Source of the DNA: Spirochaetia bacterium
GTDB lineage: Bacteria > Spirochaetota > Spirochaetia > SZUA-6 > Bin103
Assembly: GCA_965198005.1 (NCBI GenBank)
Contig: CBDAOI010000004.1
Span: forward strand, 256,001-320,000
DNA: 64,000 bases
Direction: 5' to 3'
Below, in pieces: positions 49,273-60,669 of this stretch (position 1 is the stretch's first letter; every line of letters begins with the position of its first letter). Both the position numbers and the translations under genes were made by a program. The notes under the pieces were generated by a model. The model was not told the origin of the DNA. It saw nothing but the letters and a program-made list of their open reading frames with translations, and did no database searches.

Positions 49273-50397
49273 GTGGCACTCAAGATACTGCACACTGCCG
49301 ACTGGCATCTCGGCTTGCGATTCCCCGCAGTGACTCCCGAGCAGGAGCAACGATTGACGCGGGCGCGCCTCGAAGTGGTGGGGCGGATTCTCGATCTCGC
49401 CGAGAGCCGTGGAGTAGACGCGGTGCTCTGCGCCGGCGATCTGTTCGACGAGCCGCGACCGGACGAGGAGTGGTGGCAGGGACTGCTGTCCGAGTTCCGG
49501 CGGAGGTCGTGGACGCGGCCCGTCATCCTGCTCCCGGGAAACCACGACCCGTTGACGCCGAACTCGATCTATGCACCAGGAGATCCGTTCCGGCGCGCAC
49601 TGCCCGGCTACGTTCACGTGGTCGATTCCGATGAGTTCGAGTTGCCGCTGGGGTCTGCCGCGGTCGTGTACGCGAGGCCGTGCCGGTCGCATGCGGGTCA
49701 GACCGGCTTGGCGGCCAGCCTTCCGGCGCGTGCCGATGGGGATGAGCGGATTCGCATCGGGCTCATTCACGGCCAGACCTTCGACCTCGAGGATCATCAG
49801 ACCACGTTCCCGATAGAACGGAATGCGGCGGTGGACCGCGGACTCGACTATCTCGCGATCGGCGACACGCACGGTTATCGCGACGTGGAGCCCGATGCCA
49901 AGGCTCCGACCATCTATCCGGGAGCACCCGAAGCGACCAAGTTCGGGGAGAGCGATTCCGGCCACGTCGCCGTGGTCTTCTTTCCGCGCGACCGGGCGCG
50001 GCGGGCTCTGGTCGAACGAGAAGCGGTCGCGGCCTGGTCGTGGCGGGAAGAGACGTGCCGTTCCCTTGCGGAGCTGCGGCGGTTGCGCGACAAGAACATG
50101 AGAAAGACCGTGCTCAGACTCACGCTGGAGATGCGACTGCCACTGCACGAATACGACGAGGCTGCGCGCATACTGACGGAGCTGGAGGGGTCGTTGTCGT
50201 CCCATCCCAAGGTCGGCGTGCTGATCGCCGACCGCAGTCGGCTGCGCCTCGACGCGGCCGATTCGGCGCAGTTTACGGAGGACTGGCCCGAGGTGCTCCG
50301 GTCCGCTGTCCAGCGGCTCACGGAGCGTGCAGCGGACGATCCGGAGAAGGCGGAGCGTGCCCTGCATCATCTCTACGGATTGGTCCGGGAGCCATAG
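49273..50397 (+). CDS. Mre11/SbcD-like metallophosphoesterase nuclease
   Basis: HTADWHLG, AGDLFD, PGNHD, HG and YLAIGDTH. Confidence 0.93.
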   Translation: MALKILHTADWHLGLRFPAVTPEQEQRLTRARLEVVGRILDLAESRGVDAVLCAGDLFDEPRPDEEWWQGLLSEFRRRSWTRPVILLPGNHDPLTPNSIYAPGDPFRRALPGYVHVVDSDEFELPLGSAAVVYARPCRSHAGQTGLAASLPARADGDERIRIGLIHGQTFDLEDHQTTFPIERNAAVDRGLDYLAIGDTHGYRDVEPDAKAPTIYPGAPEATKFGESDSGHVAVVFFPRDRARRALVEREAVAAWSWREETCRSLAELRRLRDKNMRKTVLRLTLEMRLPLHEYDEAARILTELEGSLSSHPKVGVLIADRSRLRLDAADSAQFTEDWPEVLRSAVQRLTERAADDPEKAERALHHLYGLVREP

Positions 50398-50399
50398 CG

Positions 50400-53300
50400 A
50401 TGTGGATCAGGCAGATCTCCGTGCGGCACTTCGCCGGAATCCGCTCCGCCGAAGTCTCCTTCGAACACGGCCTCAACGTCCTCTACGGACCGAACGAGAT
50501 CGGCAAGTCGACGCTCGTGGATGCCATGCGTGCCGCCCTGCTGCTGCAGCACGGCGCAACGGCCGCCCGCGACTTCGAGGATTGGCATACCGATCAACCC
50601 CCGCAGGTGAAACTGACGTTCGAGACCGAGCCACAGCGCATCTGGCGCGTGCGCAAGAGCTTCGGCAAGGGGTCGGATGGGTCGAGCTACCTGGACTTCT
50701 CGCGTGATGGAAAAACCTTCACTCAGGACGCCAAGGGCCGGGAGGTGGACGGCCGGATTCGAGATCTGCTGCGCTGGGGCCTGCCGGCACCAGGCGGCAA
50801 AGGGAGCCCCAGGGGATTTTCCGAGTCGTTCCTGGCGACCACCCTGCTGGCCGATCAGCGCGCCGTCGCCGCCGTGCTCGACCGCAACCTCGACGATGAC
50901 TCCGACGAGTCAGGAAAAGGACAACTGACCGCCGCGCTGCAGGCGCTCGCCGAAGACCCGGTGTTCCGAGCCGTCGTCGCCCGCACCCAGCAGCGCGTGG
51001 ACGAGGCGTTTACGGGCACCGGGCAACGGAGCCGACGTCGGGGATCTCCATGGATAAACCTTCGAGACCAGCGTCAGGCCGCCGACCAGCGCCGAACCGA
51101 GATTCGCCGCCGCGTTACCGAGAGTGACGATGCCCGCACCCGGGTCGACAAGCGCCGCGAGGAGCTCGACGAAGCCCGCAGCCAATTCGACAACGCGCGG
51201 CGGCGTCACAAGCGGATCGACGCCGCCTGGGAACGGCAGCAGGCGAGAGCCGCCGTCAGTGCCGAAATCGCCGAGGCAGAGCGCGAACGAGACCGGATTC
51301 AGGGTCTTCATGACGACCTGGACAAGGCCGGACGGGAACTGTCCGCTGCCAAGGAAGCGGTCAGCGCAGCCGACAAGGGCATGGAACAGGCGGCCGAAAC
51401 AGAGCGGCGCGAACGCGACTGCCGCGAAACCGCTCGCAAGCACTTGGCCGAACTGGAGAGTGGCGACGCCCAGCAGAAGCGAACGATCCGCAAGCAGGAG
51501 ATCGAGAATCTCCGGCTCAAGAACAAGAATCGACGAACGGAAGTCGAACGCGTCGAGGCGGAAGCGTTCGGAGTTCGAGACCTGGAGACCGCGACGCAAC
51601 GGCTGCGTGCGGATCTGACGGCCAAGTCACGGCAGCTCACCGCGACCGCGTCGCGCGTGCAGCAGGCTCAGGAGCAAGTCCGGAAGGACGATGCTGAAAT
51701 CAGTCGAATTACCGAACGTGCCATGGGTCTGAAACTGCTGGAGCTGCGGAGGCAGCTCGCCGCGATCGACGAGTCCGTTCGCCGCGCCAAGGAATTGCAG
51801 TCACGGGCGCAGGCGAAGTCGGAGCGGGCGAATGCGCTGCGCACGTCGGTAGAGGATCTCTTCTTGCCCGATTCGGAACAGGTGGAAACACTGCGAGCGT
51901 TGCAGACGGATCTCCGGGTTGCGGAAGAGACTTTGCAAGTGGGAGTTTCCGTCGAGATAACGCCGCTCCGGCCGATACCCCTCACGACCCGCGCCGACGG
52001 GGGACCACCCCGGACGGACGACCTGACTCGGCCGGTTGCGGTCGAAGCGGCCGCGCGCCTCCGTCTGGAGCTGGAGGGTGTCGGTCAGATCGAGATTCAG
52101 GGCGGTCGCCGCGACTCCCGTCAGCGAGCTTCGCGGCTGCGAACGGAGTGGGCCGACGCGACGTCCGGACTGTTCCAACGCCTCGCAGTTGACAGCCTGG
52201 AAGAGGTCTTTGCGAAATGCCACGCCGGCGAAAAGACGCTGGCCGAGGCCGACGGTCTGGCTCGCGAAGCCAAACAGGAAAACGAGAGAGCCGCGGCTCT
52301 GATTCATGATGACGGGTTCATCGCCGAGCGCGGGCGGGAGCTGCAACGGCTTGAACGACAGCTCAGGTCTGGTCTCGGCGAACGCGACCTTGAGGAGTTC
52401 GTTCGCCAGTGCGCGTCCGGCGACGGACTCGACGCGGCTTCGCTGGAAGAGCAGCTCGAATCCATTCGTGCTGACCGTGATCGCAGAACAGGGCGAATCG
52501 CCCAGCTTCAACGGGAAGTTTCCCGGGCCGAGGGAAGCATCGAGCCCCGGCAGCAGGAGCTGGATAAGCAGGAAGCCGCGCTCGAGGAAAAACGGGAGGC
52601 TCTCGACGCTTCCTGGGAGTCGGCTCTGGGACATGCGGAAACGGAACTCGAGATCCTGAGAGAAGAAGCCCGGAGTCTGCAGACGGAGCTCGAAACGCTG
52701 GAGACCGGGGCCAGCAACGAGATCGAACAAGCCCGAACCATCGCCCGGCAGGGTGCGCAGCGGCTTGCGGTCGCCGAGTCGCGCAGCACCAAGTGTAGAG
52801 AGTCGGTCCAATCGGCGCGGGAGGCACGCGACCGGCTGGCGGGCAGGGTCGATGAGCGCGCCGCTCTGGTGCAGCGCGAAGATCTTGCAACCGCACACGC
52901 GCACGTCGAGGTTCTACACGCCAAGTTCACGGAACTGCCCGTACCCGAGATGAAAGTCACCGAACAGGACCGCGAGCAGGCAGGGGAAACCGTGCGGCTT
53001 TTGACCGAAGAGTGCAACGCCGGGCACGCTGAGCTGCAGCAGGCGGAAGGCGCGCTGCAACAGGTTGGTGGTCATTCCGTCCAGGAGCAACTCGAACAGG
53101 CAAACGAGGCCGTGAAGGCGATCGAGCGACGCGAGGGCGAGATCGAAATCGAATATGGCGCCTGGAAGCTGCTGCTCGAAACGCTTCGGGAAGCCGAGGC
53201 CGAAGATGCCGTGCACCTCGGGAAGGCGCTCGTCGACCCCGTATCGCGACGAGTCTCCGAACTGACCGGCGGAGCGTACGGCGAGGTCTCGATCGCGCCG

Positions 53301-53618
53301 ACGCTGTCGACTCGGAACATCGAGGTCGCCGGCAGTGAACGGGAGCTCTCGCGGTTGTCGGTCGGGACCCGAGATCAGCTTGCAACCGTGCTGCGTCTCA
53401 CCATCGCGGAGAAGCTGGGCAGCACCGTCGTCCTGGACGACCAGCTCGTGCAGAGCGACGCATCGCGCATGCGCTGGCTGTACGAGTTCATGCTGCAGTG
53501 CGCCAAGGAGTTTCAGATTCTCGTGCTCACCTGCCACCCCGAACACTATGCGCGCGCCGATCGACGCCCGCTGCGCTCGATCGACCTCACGCAACACGTC
53601 GAGCGCACGCGACCGTAG
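50400..53618 (+). CDS. Rad50/SbcC (YhaN-like) coiled-coil ABC ATPase
   Basis: GPNEIGKST, long coiled coils, LSVGTRDQL, VLDDQLVQSD and LTCHP. Confidence 0.92.
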   Translation: MWIRQISVRHFAGIRSAEVSFEHGLNVLYGPNEIGKSTLVDAMRAALLLQHGATAARDFEDWHTDQPPQVKLTFETEPQRIWRVRKSFGKGSDGSSYLDFSRDGKTFTQDAKGREVDGRIRDLLRWGLPAPGGKGSPRGFSESFLATTLLADQRAVAAVLDRNLDDDSDESGKGQLTAALQALAEDPVFRAVVARTQQRVDEAFTGTGQRSRRRGSPWINLRDQRQAADQRRTEIRRRVTESDDARTRVDKRREELDEARSQFDNARRRHKRIDAAWERQQARAAVSAEIAEAERERDRIQGLHDDLDKAGRELSAAKEAVSAADKGMEQAAETERRERDCRETARKHLAELESGDAQQKRTIRKQEIENLRLKNKNRRTEVERVEAEAFGVRDLETATQRLRADLTAKSRQLTATASRVQQAQEQVRKDDAEISRITERAMGLKLLELRRQLAAIDESVRRAKELQSRAQAKSERANALRTSVEDLFLPDSEQVETLRALQTDLRVAEETLQVGVSVEITPLRPIPLTTRADGGPPRTDDLTRPVAVEAAARLRLELEGVGQIEIQGGRRDSRQRASRLRTEWADATSGLFQRLAVDSLEEVFAKCHAGEKTLAEADGLAREAKQENERAAALIHDDGFIAERGRELQRLERQLRSGLGERDLEEFVRQCASGDGLDAASLEEQLESIRADRDRRTGRIAQLQREVSRAEGSIEPRQQELDKQEAALEEKREALDASWESALGHAETELEILREEARSLQTELETLETGASNEIEQARTIARQGAQRLAVAESRSTKCRESVQSAREARDRLAGRVDERAALVQREDLATAHAHVEVLHAKFTELPVPEMKVTEQDREQAGETVRLLTEECNAGHAELQQAEGALQQVGGHSVQEQLEQANEAVKAIERREGEIEIEYGAWKLLLETLREAEAEDAVHLGKALVDPVSRRVSELTGGAYGEVSIAPTLSTRNIEVAGSERELSRLSVGTRDQLATVLRLTIAEKLGSTVVLDDQLVQSDASRMRWLYEFMLQCAKEFQILVLTCHPEHYARADRRPLRSIDLTQHVERTRP

Positions 53619-53757
53619 CCGCCTCAGCCAGCGGAGCGCGGCCGCAAATCGCGAACCTGACCCGCCAACCACGACACCACGATCTCCCGCGTTGCCGATC
53701 CGGGCGCAAGGGCAGTATGCTGGCGCGAGGAGGTGCGGCGAACACACCGGCTTATTC

Positions 53758-54200
53758 ATGGGACGCATCGTTAGCTCCGTGATCGTGGAGAACGTGCCTG
53801 CAACCCGCGCCGTCCGAATCGACGCGTCGGTTGATACGGGCGCCGCGACTTGAACATTGATGAGTCGGTTTTCGAGCGGCACGTGCTCCTCGTCACGGCA
53901 ACGCCGCACAGCGGCAACGAGGATGCGTTCCGCTCCCTGCTGAGCCTGCTCGATGAGGAGATCGCCGACCTGCCGGCGGACCTGGACGGAGCGGAACGCG
54001 AAGGCGCCCGCCGGCGGCTCGCTCGTCACCTCGTGCAGCGCCGCCGCGGTGACATCCGCCGGTACCTCGAGGGGCTGCGCGGCGGCGTCGAGCGCGCACT
54101 TGCCATCCTTGGCGCCGGCTTCACCGGCCATCCCAAGAACGAGGTGTTGCGCGAAGCGGTACGCTCCGGATCGCTCACCCCGACGGGGTGTCTCGAGTGC
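53758..54200 (+). pseudogene. Fused fragments: aspartyl protease start, DISARM DrmD-like helicase and a methyltransferase-like piece
   Basis: [24 protein letters not shown]...[33 protein letters not shown]. Confidence 0.65.
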
Positions 54201-54365
54201 CGAGTAGAGGGCGCTGGACGGCACCGAGTGGCGCCTCGGCTGGGCCACGATGTTGAGATTAAGCGCCTTCCAATACGTTGGCAGCAGAGGCCGGAGTGGC
54301 GATGAGCCGCATGATGTAACTGCCGTGACGGACGACCGGCCGATTAGGAATCCCGGGGCAAACAC

Positions 54366-54770
54366 TTACGCTTGAATCTCTCCAAGCCACGTGAAACCGA
54401 GGTGTTGCCGAGTAAGCGAAATGACGAACGGTGGGGGCATGTGGAGAGTAAGGGCCAGGACCGAATTTCGATGCTTGTCGATGACCTGAGCCGCCTCCTC
54501 TTCGGTGGATAGCCGAGCGGCGATTACCACCAGCCCCAGCCGGGCATGCTGTATTGCCTGTAACTCTACCAGTCTGCGTCGAAGTTTCTTGTCGCCGCTC
54601 ACGGCAATCCAACGCCGCTTCGCTACATTCGGGATCCAATCCACGTCGCGATCACCCGATTCGATGCCAGGCACATCGCGATAAGTAACAGCGTGCACGT
54701 TCATCTTACGCAGCAAGCTGACAAGTCGAGGACCGTACGTCTCGTCCACATAGAAGGTGGGAGGCGTCAC
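54366..54770 (-). CDS. VapC45-like PIN toxin
   Basis: FYVDETYG, DVDWI and AVSGDKKLR. Confidence 0.8.
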   Translation of the reverse strand: MTPPTFYVDETYGPRLVSLLRKMNVHAVTYRDVPGIESGDRDVDWIPNVAKRRWIAVSGDKKLRRRLVELQAIQHARLGLVVIAARLSTEEEAAQVIDKHRNSVLALTLHMPPPFVISLTRQHLGFTWLGEIQA

Positions 54771-55459
54771 GCAGCGCGGCTCGATTTCTCGTAGCTGATC
54801 GCGCTCTCCACTTCGGCCACGGGGCGTTCGTATACCGCGGCAAGCTGCGCTGCCTCTTCGCCGGCGCGCCAGCGTTCATGGATGATCGCCGTGGGGATAC
54901 CGGTCCCTGGGATTCGTGGTTGCCCAAACCTGATCTCCGGGTCCACTTCTGCCGCCACGACAGATCCGTTGTTGGGGTCGAGGAGCCGGAGTCGGTCCGG
55001 GAGTCCGTCTACTCCGCGGTCGACCTGCATCATGCACCGCAGTAGTTGCGCCTTCATTTCGAACTGGCCCGCTCGGCTGATGTTGAGATACTCGCCCGTT
55101 TTCTCAACAAACACGTCTGAGCGGTCAGTGAGGAGATCACAGTCAGCGAGAGGATGGTCGGTTTGGGCGGTCTCGCGGAGATAGGCGATAGCGCTCCGGA
55201 CGTTCTTGAGCGGCACGGCGTGGAGCGTGCGAAGCGACGAGAGCACATACAACTCCACTAGATTCCGGAACGACAGATACGGTGGACGAGCCGGCACGAT
55301 GGGAGGCCAGAACCGCTTGCCGGCGCTCGTGCTGTAGCGCGAGCCACGTGTCCAGGACCGCACCGTCGAAACCGGTCGCCTGATGATCCGCGCAGCTTCG
55401 GTTGGTGAGTATGCGGGAACCTCGGCGGGGCGCACGCCACCGTGGATGTCATCCGCCAT
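54767..55459 (-). CDS. DUF433 antitoxin (VapB45-like)
   Basis: PAYSPTEAA, LSFRNLVE and DPEIRFGQPRIPGTGIPT...AISYE. Confidence 0.88.
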   Translation of the reverse strand: MADDIHGGVRPAEVPAYSPTEAARIIRRPVSTVRSWTRGSRYSTSAGKRFWPPIVPARPPYLSFRNLVELYVLSSLRTLHAVPLKNVRSAIAYLRETAQTDHPLADCDLLTDRSDVFVEKTGEYLNISRAGQFEMKAQLLRCMMQVDRGVDGLPDRLRLLDPNNGSVVAAEVDPEIRFGQPRIPGTGIPTAIIHERWRAGEEAAQLAAVYERPVAEVESAISYEKSSRAA

Positions 55460-55605
55460 GTGGAGAATATGAGTCAACCCAGTGCAACTGTCCAGACGTT
55501 CCCGCGCGTTCCTGCCGCGGCGCAGGTCGTCACCAACAGCGCGGTCTGCACGGCGTTCGGCAGCGTGAGCGGGGCAGGGTGACAGCCACGCGGCATAGCG
55601 CGCCA

Positions 55606-56105
55606 ATGGCGGCCGTGCGCACGTTCAACACCGCGGGCCCGGTCCGGGCGGACCGGCACTACCAGATCGCGCCGCTGGCGCGGATCGACCTTGAGGAAGT
55701 GCTCGGTCTGATCCGCGACGAGAAGTACTTCGTGCTGCACGCGCCGCGGCAGGCCGGCAAGACCTCCGCGCTGCTGGCGTTGCGCGACCTGCTGAACGGC
55801 GGGCAGGCGGGTGATTTCCGCTGCCTGTACGCCAACGTCGAAAACGGTCAGGCGATGCGCGAGAACGTGGCCGAGGGCATGCGCACCGTGCTGGCCGAGC
55901 TGGCGTACCAGGCGAGCGTGACGCTGGACGACGAGACCCTGGAAGAGTTGTGGCCGGCGCTCTGGAACGGGTCGGACCGGCGCAGGCGCTGCGCCAGGCG
56001 TTGGCGCGCTGGTGCATGGCAGAGCCGCGCCCGCTGGTGATCCTGATCGACGAGGTCGACGCGCTGGTGGGCGACACGCTGCTGTCGGTGCTACGGCAGC
56101 TGCAC
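55606..56105 (+). pseudogene. 5' fragment of an AAA ATPase paralogous to 61933-63534
   Basis: About 0.5 kb of high nucleotide similarity, frameshift near 55960, truncated after LRQL. Confidence 0.88.
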
Positions 56106-56109
56106 ACCA

Positions 56110-57304
56110 ACCACCGTCATCACCGACTACGCGCAGGTCGCGTTGCTGCTGCACAGCGTTCGGGAAGACCACAGCGGGGCATACCTTGCCGCGCTCGCGG
56201 CCAAGGGCATCCCCGCGTTCTGTCCGCGCGCCAGGGCGCTCTTCGAGATAGCGGAGATCGGTTAGCTGGTCGCCTGCTACGCGGTTCTGTTCGGCTGGCA
56301 CGGCGCCGGCCGCGGCGCGGTGCGCGGTGGCGCGGCTGGCACGCTACGTGGATCGAGCCATCGTGCAACTTGCCCGGCGCCTCGGCGATCCGCACCCGCT
56401 CGCGCAGGCGCTCCAGGGGTGGACGGCGCAAATCGCCGCGCTGCGAGCGGGAGAGACCCTCAATCTGCGCCCAGCCGACTACTTCTACCGTCTCCTTGCG
56501 CTGGAGCCGTTCCGGAGGGCCGTCCGCAACGTGCTGAACCTGGGAAAGTACGAGCGGCACTACTGGCAGGGCGTTACGTTCGGCGGGAAGGATACAAGAC
56601 CGGTTACCGAACAGGCGCTCTACGAGTACCTTGCCTTTATACTCTTATACTCAAACTCTACGGCGCGCAGCCGTTGCCGGGACTGACGCACCTTCACGGC
56701 AAGCGACACACCGCCATGGTGCACATCGGGGCGGTGGACGCGCCGGTCACCATCGACGAGATAGACGCGGCGGTGGATGAATGCCGCACGCTCCGGCAGA
56801 AGGAGCTGCACGTGCTGGGCTGGGAGTGGGAGATGGGGCTGTACGATCTGATGGTGGACGCGGCGAAGGCAAAGGGGCGTAAAGCTCCTGCTTCTGCAGA
56901 TACCGCGCGAGGTGATGGAGCAGCAGGCGGCCGACAAGGGCGACGTGCCGTTCTTCGAACTGGCCTACCTGGAAGCGGCGGTCGAGCGTGGGGAGGAGAA
57001 GCTCACCGCGCGGGTAACGCTCAAGGACTTCGTGATCCCCAACCCGGAACTGATCCCGGACGAGGTGCGCAGCAAGATCACGAAGTGGTCGGACTACATC
57101 GACTACTGGGCGATCGACCGGGACTTCCGCAGCGACACCTTCATGCAGGGATGGGTGGCGTACCGAACGCGCAAGGAGCGCACTCTGTCGCTCGCCTCCG
57201 ACCGGCACACGTACGAACGGGCAGGCGCGTACCGGGTGCTGGTCAAGGTGATTGACATCTTCGGCAACGATGCGTCGCAGGCGTTCGACCTGGAGGTGCG
57301 GTAA
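56110..57304 (+). pseudogene. Fused fragments: UvrD-like helicase and C-terminal part of a type III-like DNA methyltransferase
   Basis: VALLLHSVRE; NLGKYER, LGWEWEMGL, WSDYIDYWAID and VKVIDIFGND; several frame breaks. Confidence 0.7.
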
Positions 57305-57306
57305 CC

Positions 57307-57642
57307 ATGCTCAACCTCAGTCCCGACGAGCAGACCTGGCTCGACGAGTACCGGAAGGTGCTCCGTGAACGGCACGCCGGTGTAGTGTTGCGCATGGTCA
57401 TCTACGGCTCCAAGGCGCGCGGCGACGCGCACGCGGACAGCGACCTGGACGTGCTCATCATCGTCAGAAACGACGCCGGCGCCCTCAAGCGAACGCTACG
57501 GGACATCGGTTACGACCTGGCTGCCACATCCTGGGCCGTGCCGTCGATTCTGGCCTACACGCAGGACGAGTGGCAGCACCGGAAGGAAAAGGGATTCCCG
57601 TTTCAGCGGGCCGTGGAGCGCGACGCGGTGGCGGTGCTGTGA
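57307..57642 (+). CDS. Minimal nucleotidyltransferase (MNT) antitoxin
   Basis: IYGSKARGDAHADSDLDVL. Confidence 0.9.
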   Translation: MLNLSPDEQTWLDEYRKVLRERHAGVVLRMVIYGSKARGDAHADSDLDVLIIVRNDAGALKRTLRDIGYDLAATSWAVPSILAYTQDEWQHRKEKGFPFQRAVERDAVAVL

Positions 57643-58124
57643 ACCGGGACGTGGTCCTTGGCGAGTGGCGCGCCGAGCCGCTAGAACGCTGTCGGCGGCG
57701 GAGCTGCTGGTACGCGAGGGCTATCCCGAGGATGCCGTCGCTCACGCCTATTACGCAGTCCTCCACGCCGCCAAGGCCGCGCTCTCGGTACACGACGTCA
57801 TGGCCGAGAGCCATTCGTCCGTGCGCGGCATGTTCGGCAAGCATCTCATACTTACCGAGCGGCGCCATCGGCTTCTACTATCCCGACTGGGTGGTCGTGC
57901 AACAGAGCGCCGCCGGCGAAGTGAACTGGATCATCGAGACCAAGGGCCGCGTCTGGGAAGGCACCGAGCAAAAGGACGCTGCCATGCAGGAGTGGTGCCG
58001 GCGGGTCGACCGCGAGTCCGGCGTTCGGTGGCAGTACCGGCGCGTAAACCAGAGCGAGTTCGATCACCGCTGCACGACCCTCGCCGAGCTGGTCGCGGGC
58101 GCCCACAATCCCGGCATGTTGTGA
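57639..58124 (+). pseudogene. Truncated HEPN gene fused to the C-terminus of a type III restriction (Res) subunit
   Basis: AYYAVLHAAKAAL...HSSV, then GFYYPDWVV...IIETKG...KDAA...WC. Confidence 0.75.
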
Positions 58125-58217
58125 TCTCCCCACATCCGGCCGACCTTGGTCGCTGCCAGGGATCGTCAGTAATGGTGGATTCCACCGAAGGCTGCGCCGG
58201 GGCTGACGTTGCAGACG

Positions 58218-60669
58218 TTATGGCGTTGCTCCACCGACTCTCGGCTGAATGACGATACGCTGGCTCACTTCCTGATACACCGGGACTCCCTCTCCGGCTT
58301 CGATCGTCACGGCCAGCCCAACCGCGGGGCACGGACTTGTCCGAAGGCTGCGAACTGCTTCGACTCACGCCGATGCTTTCGTTGAATGTTTCGGGATGGA
58401 TCTCAAGTTTCGCTTGGCGATACGCCCGGTGACGAACGTTCACCGGCGAGAACCACGCAAGTGTCAGCCTAATTGATCGCGGCTTGGTAACTCGTTCGAG
58501 GCTCGGCGGTAGCGGAACTCGATACAGAAGCGCTGTGTCTTCGGCGTGAACCTCGCCGTATCCTACCAGCGTCGCTCAGTTCGCAGCGCAGGTCATGGCC
58601 TGTTCGACGATCGGGGCGCCATAGCCCAAAACACGAGAGATATTGTCCCTGCGTGTTACGTGGGTGCCTCGGCCAGTCGGTCCGTAGATGGCGTCAAGCA
58701 ATTCCCCCAGATCATCCCAACGCGCCCGATGTACCAGAAGCGCCTTGACGACGACTCCGTAGAACAGCGGGTCGACATCGGCAAGTATCCCTCCGTTGTC
58801 CTGATCCGACAACGCACCGAACAGGCGATGTGCCGCCCGTGTCGCCAGGGCCGTAGCGGCGCTCGTCCCGGCCGTCAGTCCCTCCTGGTCGAGTTGCCCG
58901 CCGGCGTCGGGGATCGCGGTCTTCAAGCCGTAGAGCCGTCCGGGCGGCACGTGGCGAATGCTGAGCTGCCCACCGGTGCTCACGATACTGAAGAGTTCTC
59001 GACCTCCCGGCATGAAAATATCGGGCTTGACCACCTTGCGATGTCCCACCCAGGGCAGAGGTAATGTTTGGCCCCGCGTGTACGTATGGTTCGTACACGA
59101 TACCGGACCCGTTCGCGCCGCCCACTGCGTCCTCATTCCATGCCCCCACGGTGATCACGTTCAGTGCTTCTGCCGGCGACAACAACGTCCGCTGGGAGCG
59201 CTGTCCGTCCAGTGCGCTGAGAATCGCTTTCTGTCGATCTGCCGCAGTGGCAGCTTCCAGGTCTGTGGTCCCGGTGAACGTGGGAACCGGCAGGGGATCA
59301 GTGACGTTCCCGGCGCTGACCACGAACAGGATGCCAAACCGCTCCGCGAGGTAGTCGAGCAACCGCCCCCACGGACTCATCGGCCCGGTAAATGGACGGT
59401 TCCGATCCCCGAGGGAGAGGTTCACGATGAACACCTCCGGAGCAGTGGCGTCACCCTGAGTCCCCGATCTTCATTCTCCGGACCGCGCGATAGATGGTAT
59501 CCACCAAGAGACGATCCGGTTGGGGCCGCTCAGATGATCCGTTGCCGGGAGCGTAGAGAACTGGTCGCAAGTACAGCGGACGTCGCAGGGACGGCTCCCC
59601 CCGAACGTTGCGGTCTCCGTGCAGGATCAGCGACGCCATCTCCGTACCGTGACGCCGTTCCGCGACGACGCTGAGCGCGTCGAGATCGTCCGGGTCGTCC
59701 AGCCGGAGGCGCTGGTCCAGCAGCCGGTGTCGCTGCACGGGAATACCGTCGAACAGCGCTGCGATCGGGGGAGTGTCAGCTTCCGGCGACGGGTCGACCG
59801 GAAGCCCGGAACCAAGCGTGGTGACCGCCGTGGGGAACAGAGTGATCGATTGCGGCCGCACGTACATGACCCCATCGCAGATAGCGAGCAAGGTTTCCTG
59901 TCGTTGAATCAGACGCCGGACCTCAGCCGCCGGCAGATCCACCAACGCGGCTTCATAGGCGATCTCCGGGATCGAGCAACGGCGGACCAACTCACCGCCG
60001 GAATCGCGGACCGCCGCCTCCAAGCGGGCATTTGCCCGCCGCTGGTTCTCACGGCTTTGGTGACTCCACAGTTCTATCTCAACGCGTACGGTGGCATCGG
60101 GACGGTCCGCGAGTTGCTCATTGAAGTAGTCGATCGTCTCCTCCGAAATTCGATCGGACGGTCCCCAAGCGCGGAGTTGATGGAGTTGGCGAAACACTTC
60201 GTGCCATGGTGCGAAGCCAGTGTCAGCCGGATGCCCCGCCTGGTAGCGATCCCAGAGACTGACCAACTCGCGGAGTGCCTGCGTATCAGGCATTGCGACA
60301 TAGAGGCGACCGCCAACCGGCTTATCAAGACGAGGCTCACCGTCGCGGCCCTTACGAGTATCCCGTATGGCGAAGTCGGTGTCTGGCTCGAACTCCGTTT
60401 CCTCGTCGCCGAGCAGTTCCAGTCCGGGAACGCGGCGCACAGCCTCATGAAACTTGTCGATCATGCCTGCGACTTCAAGCACCAGCGCCCACTCCGGCGC
60501 GATGCCGGCGGGGTCTTCACACAGGGTCAGCGGGTCGCGTTCTTCGTCGAAGACGGCGCGGAGGCGCTGGAAGACCGGCCCCAGCCTGTGGCCCTGCCGT
60601 GTCCGGTCAGGTAGCTGCAGCCTGCCTCCGCCGCCTGAGCCCGGCGGGCGTCGACGGAAACTCCGCCAA
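58218..60669 (-). pseudogene. S8 subtilase (IetS-like), multiply frameshifted and deleted
   Basis: Catalytic triad pieces ALFDG, HGTEMASLILHG and GTSAATAL are spread over at least four reading frames. Confidence 0.85.

Noticed and set aside
49273-53618. Wadjet or Lamassu assignment
   Set aside because: No JetA/B/D or LmuA/C-like genes; the partner is a metallophosphoesterase and the ATPase is YhaN/SbcC-like.
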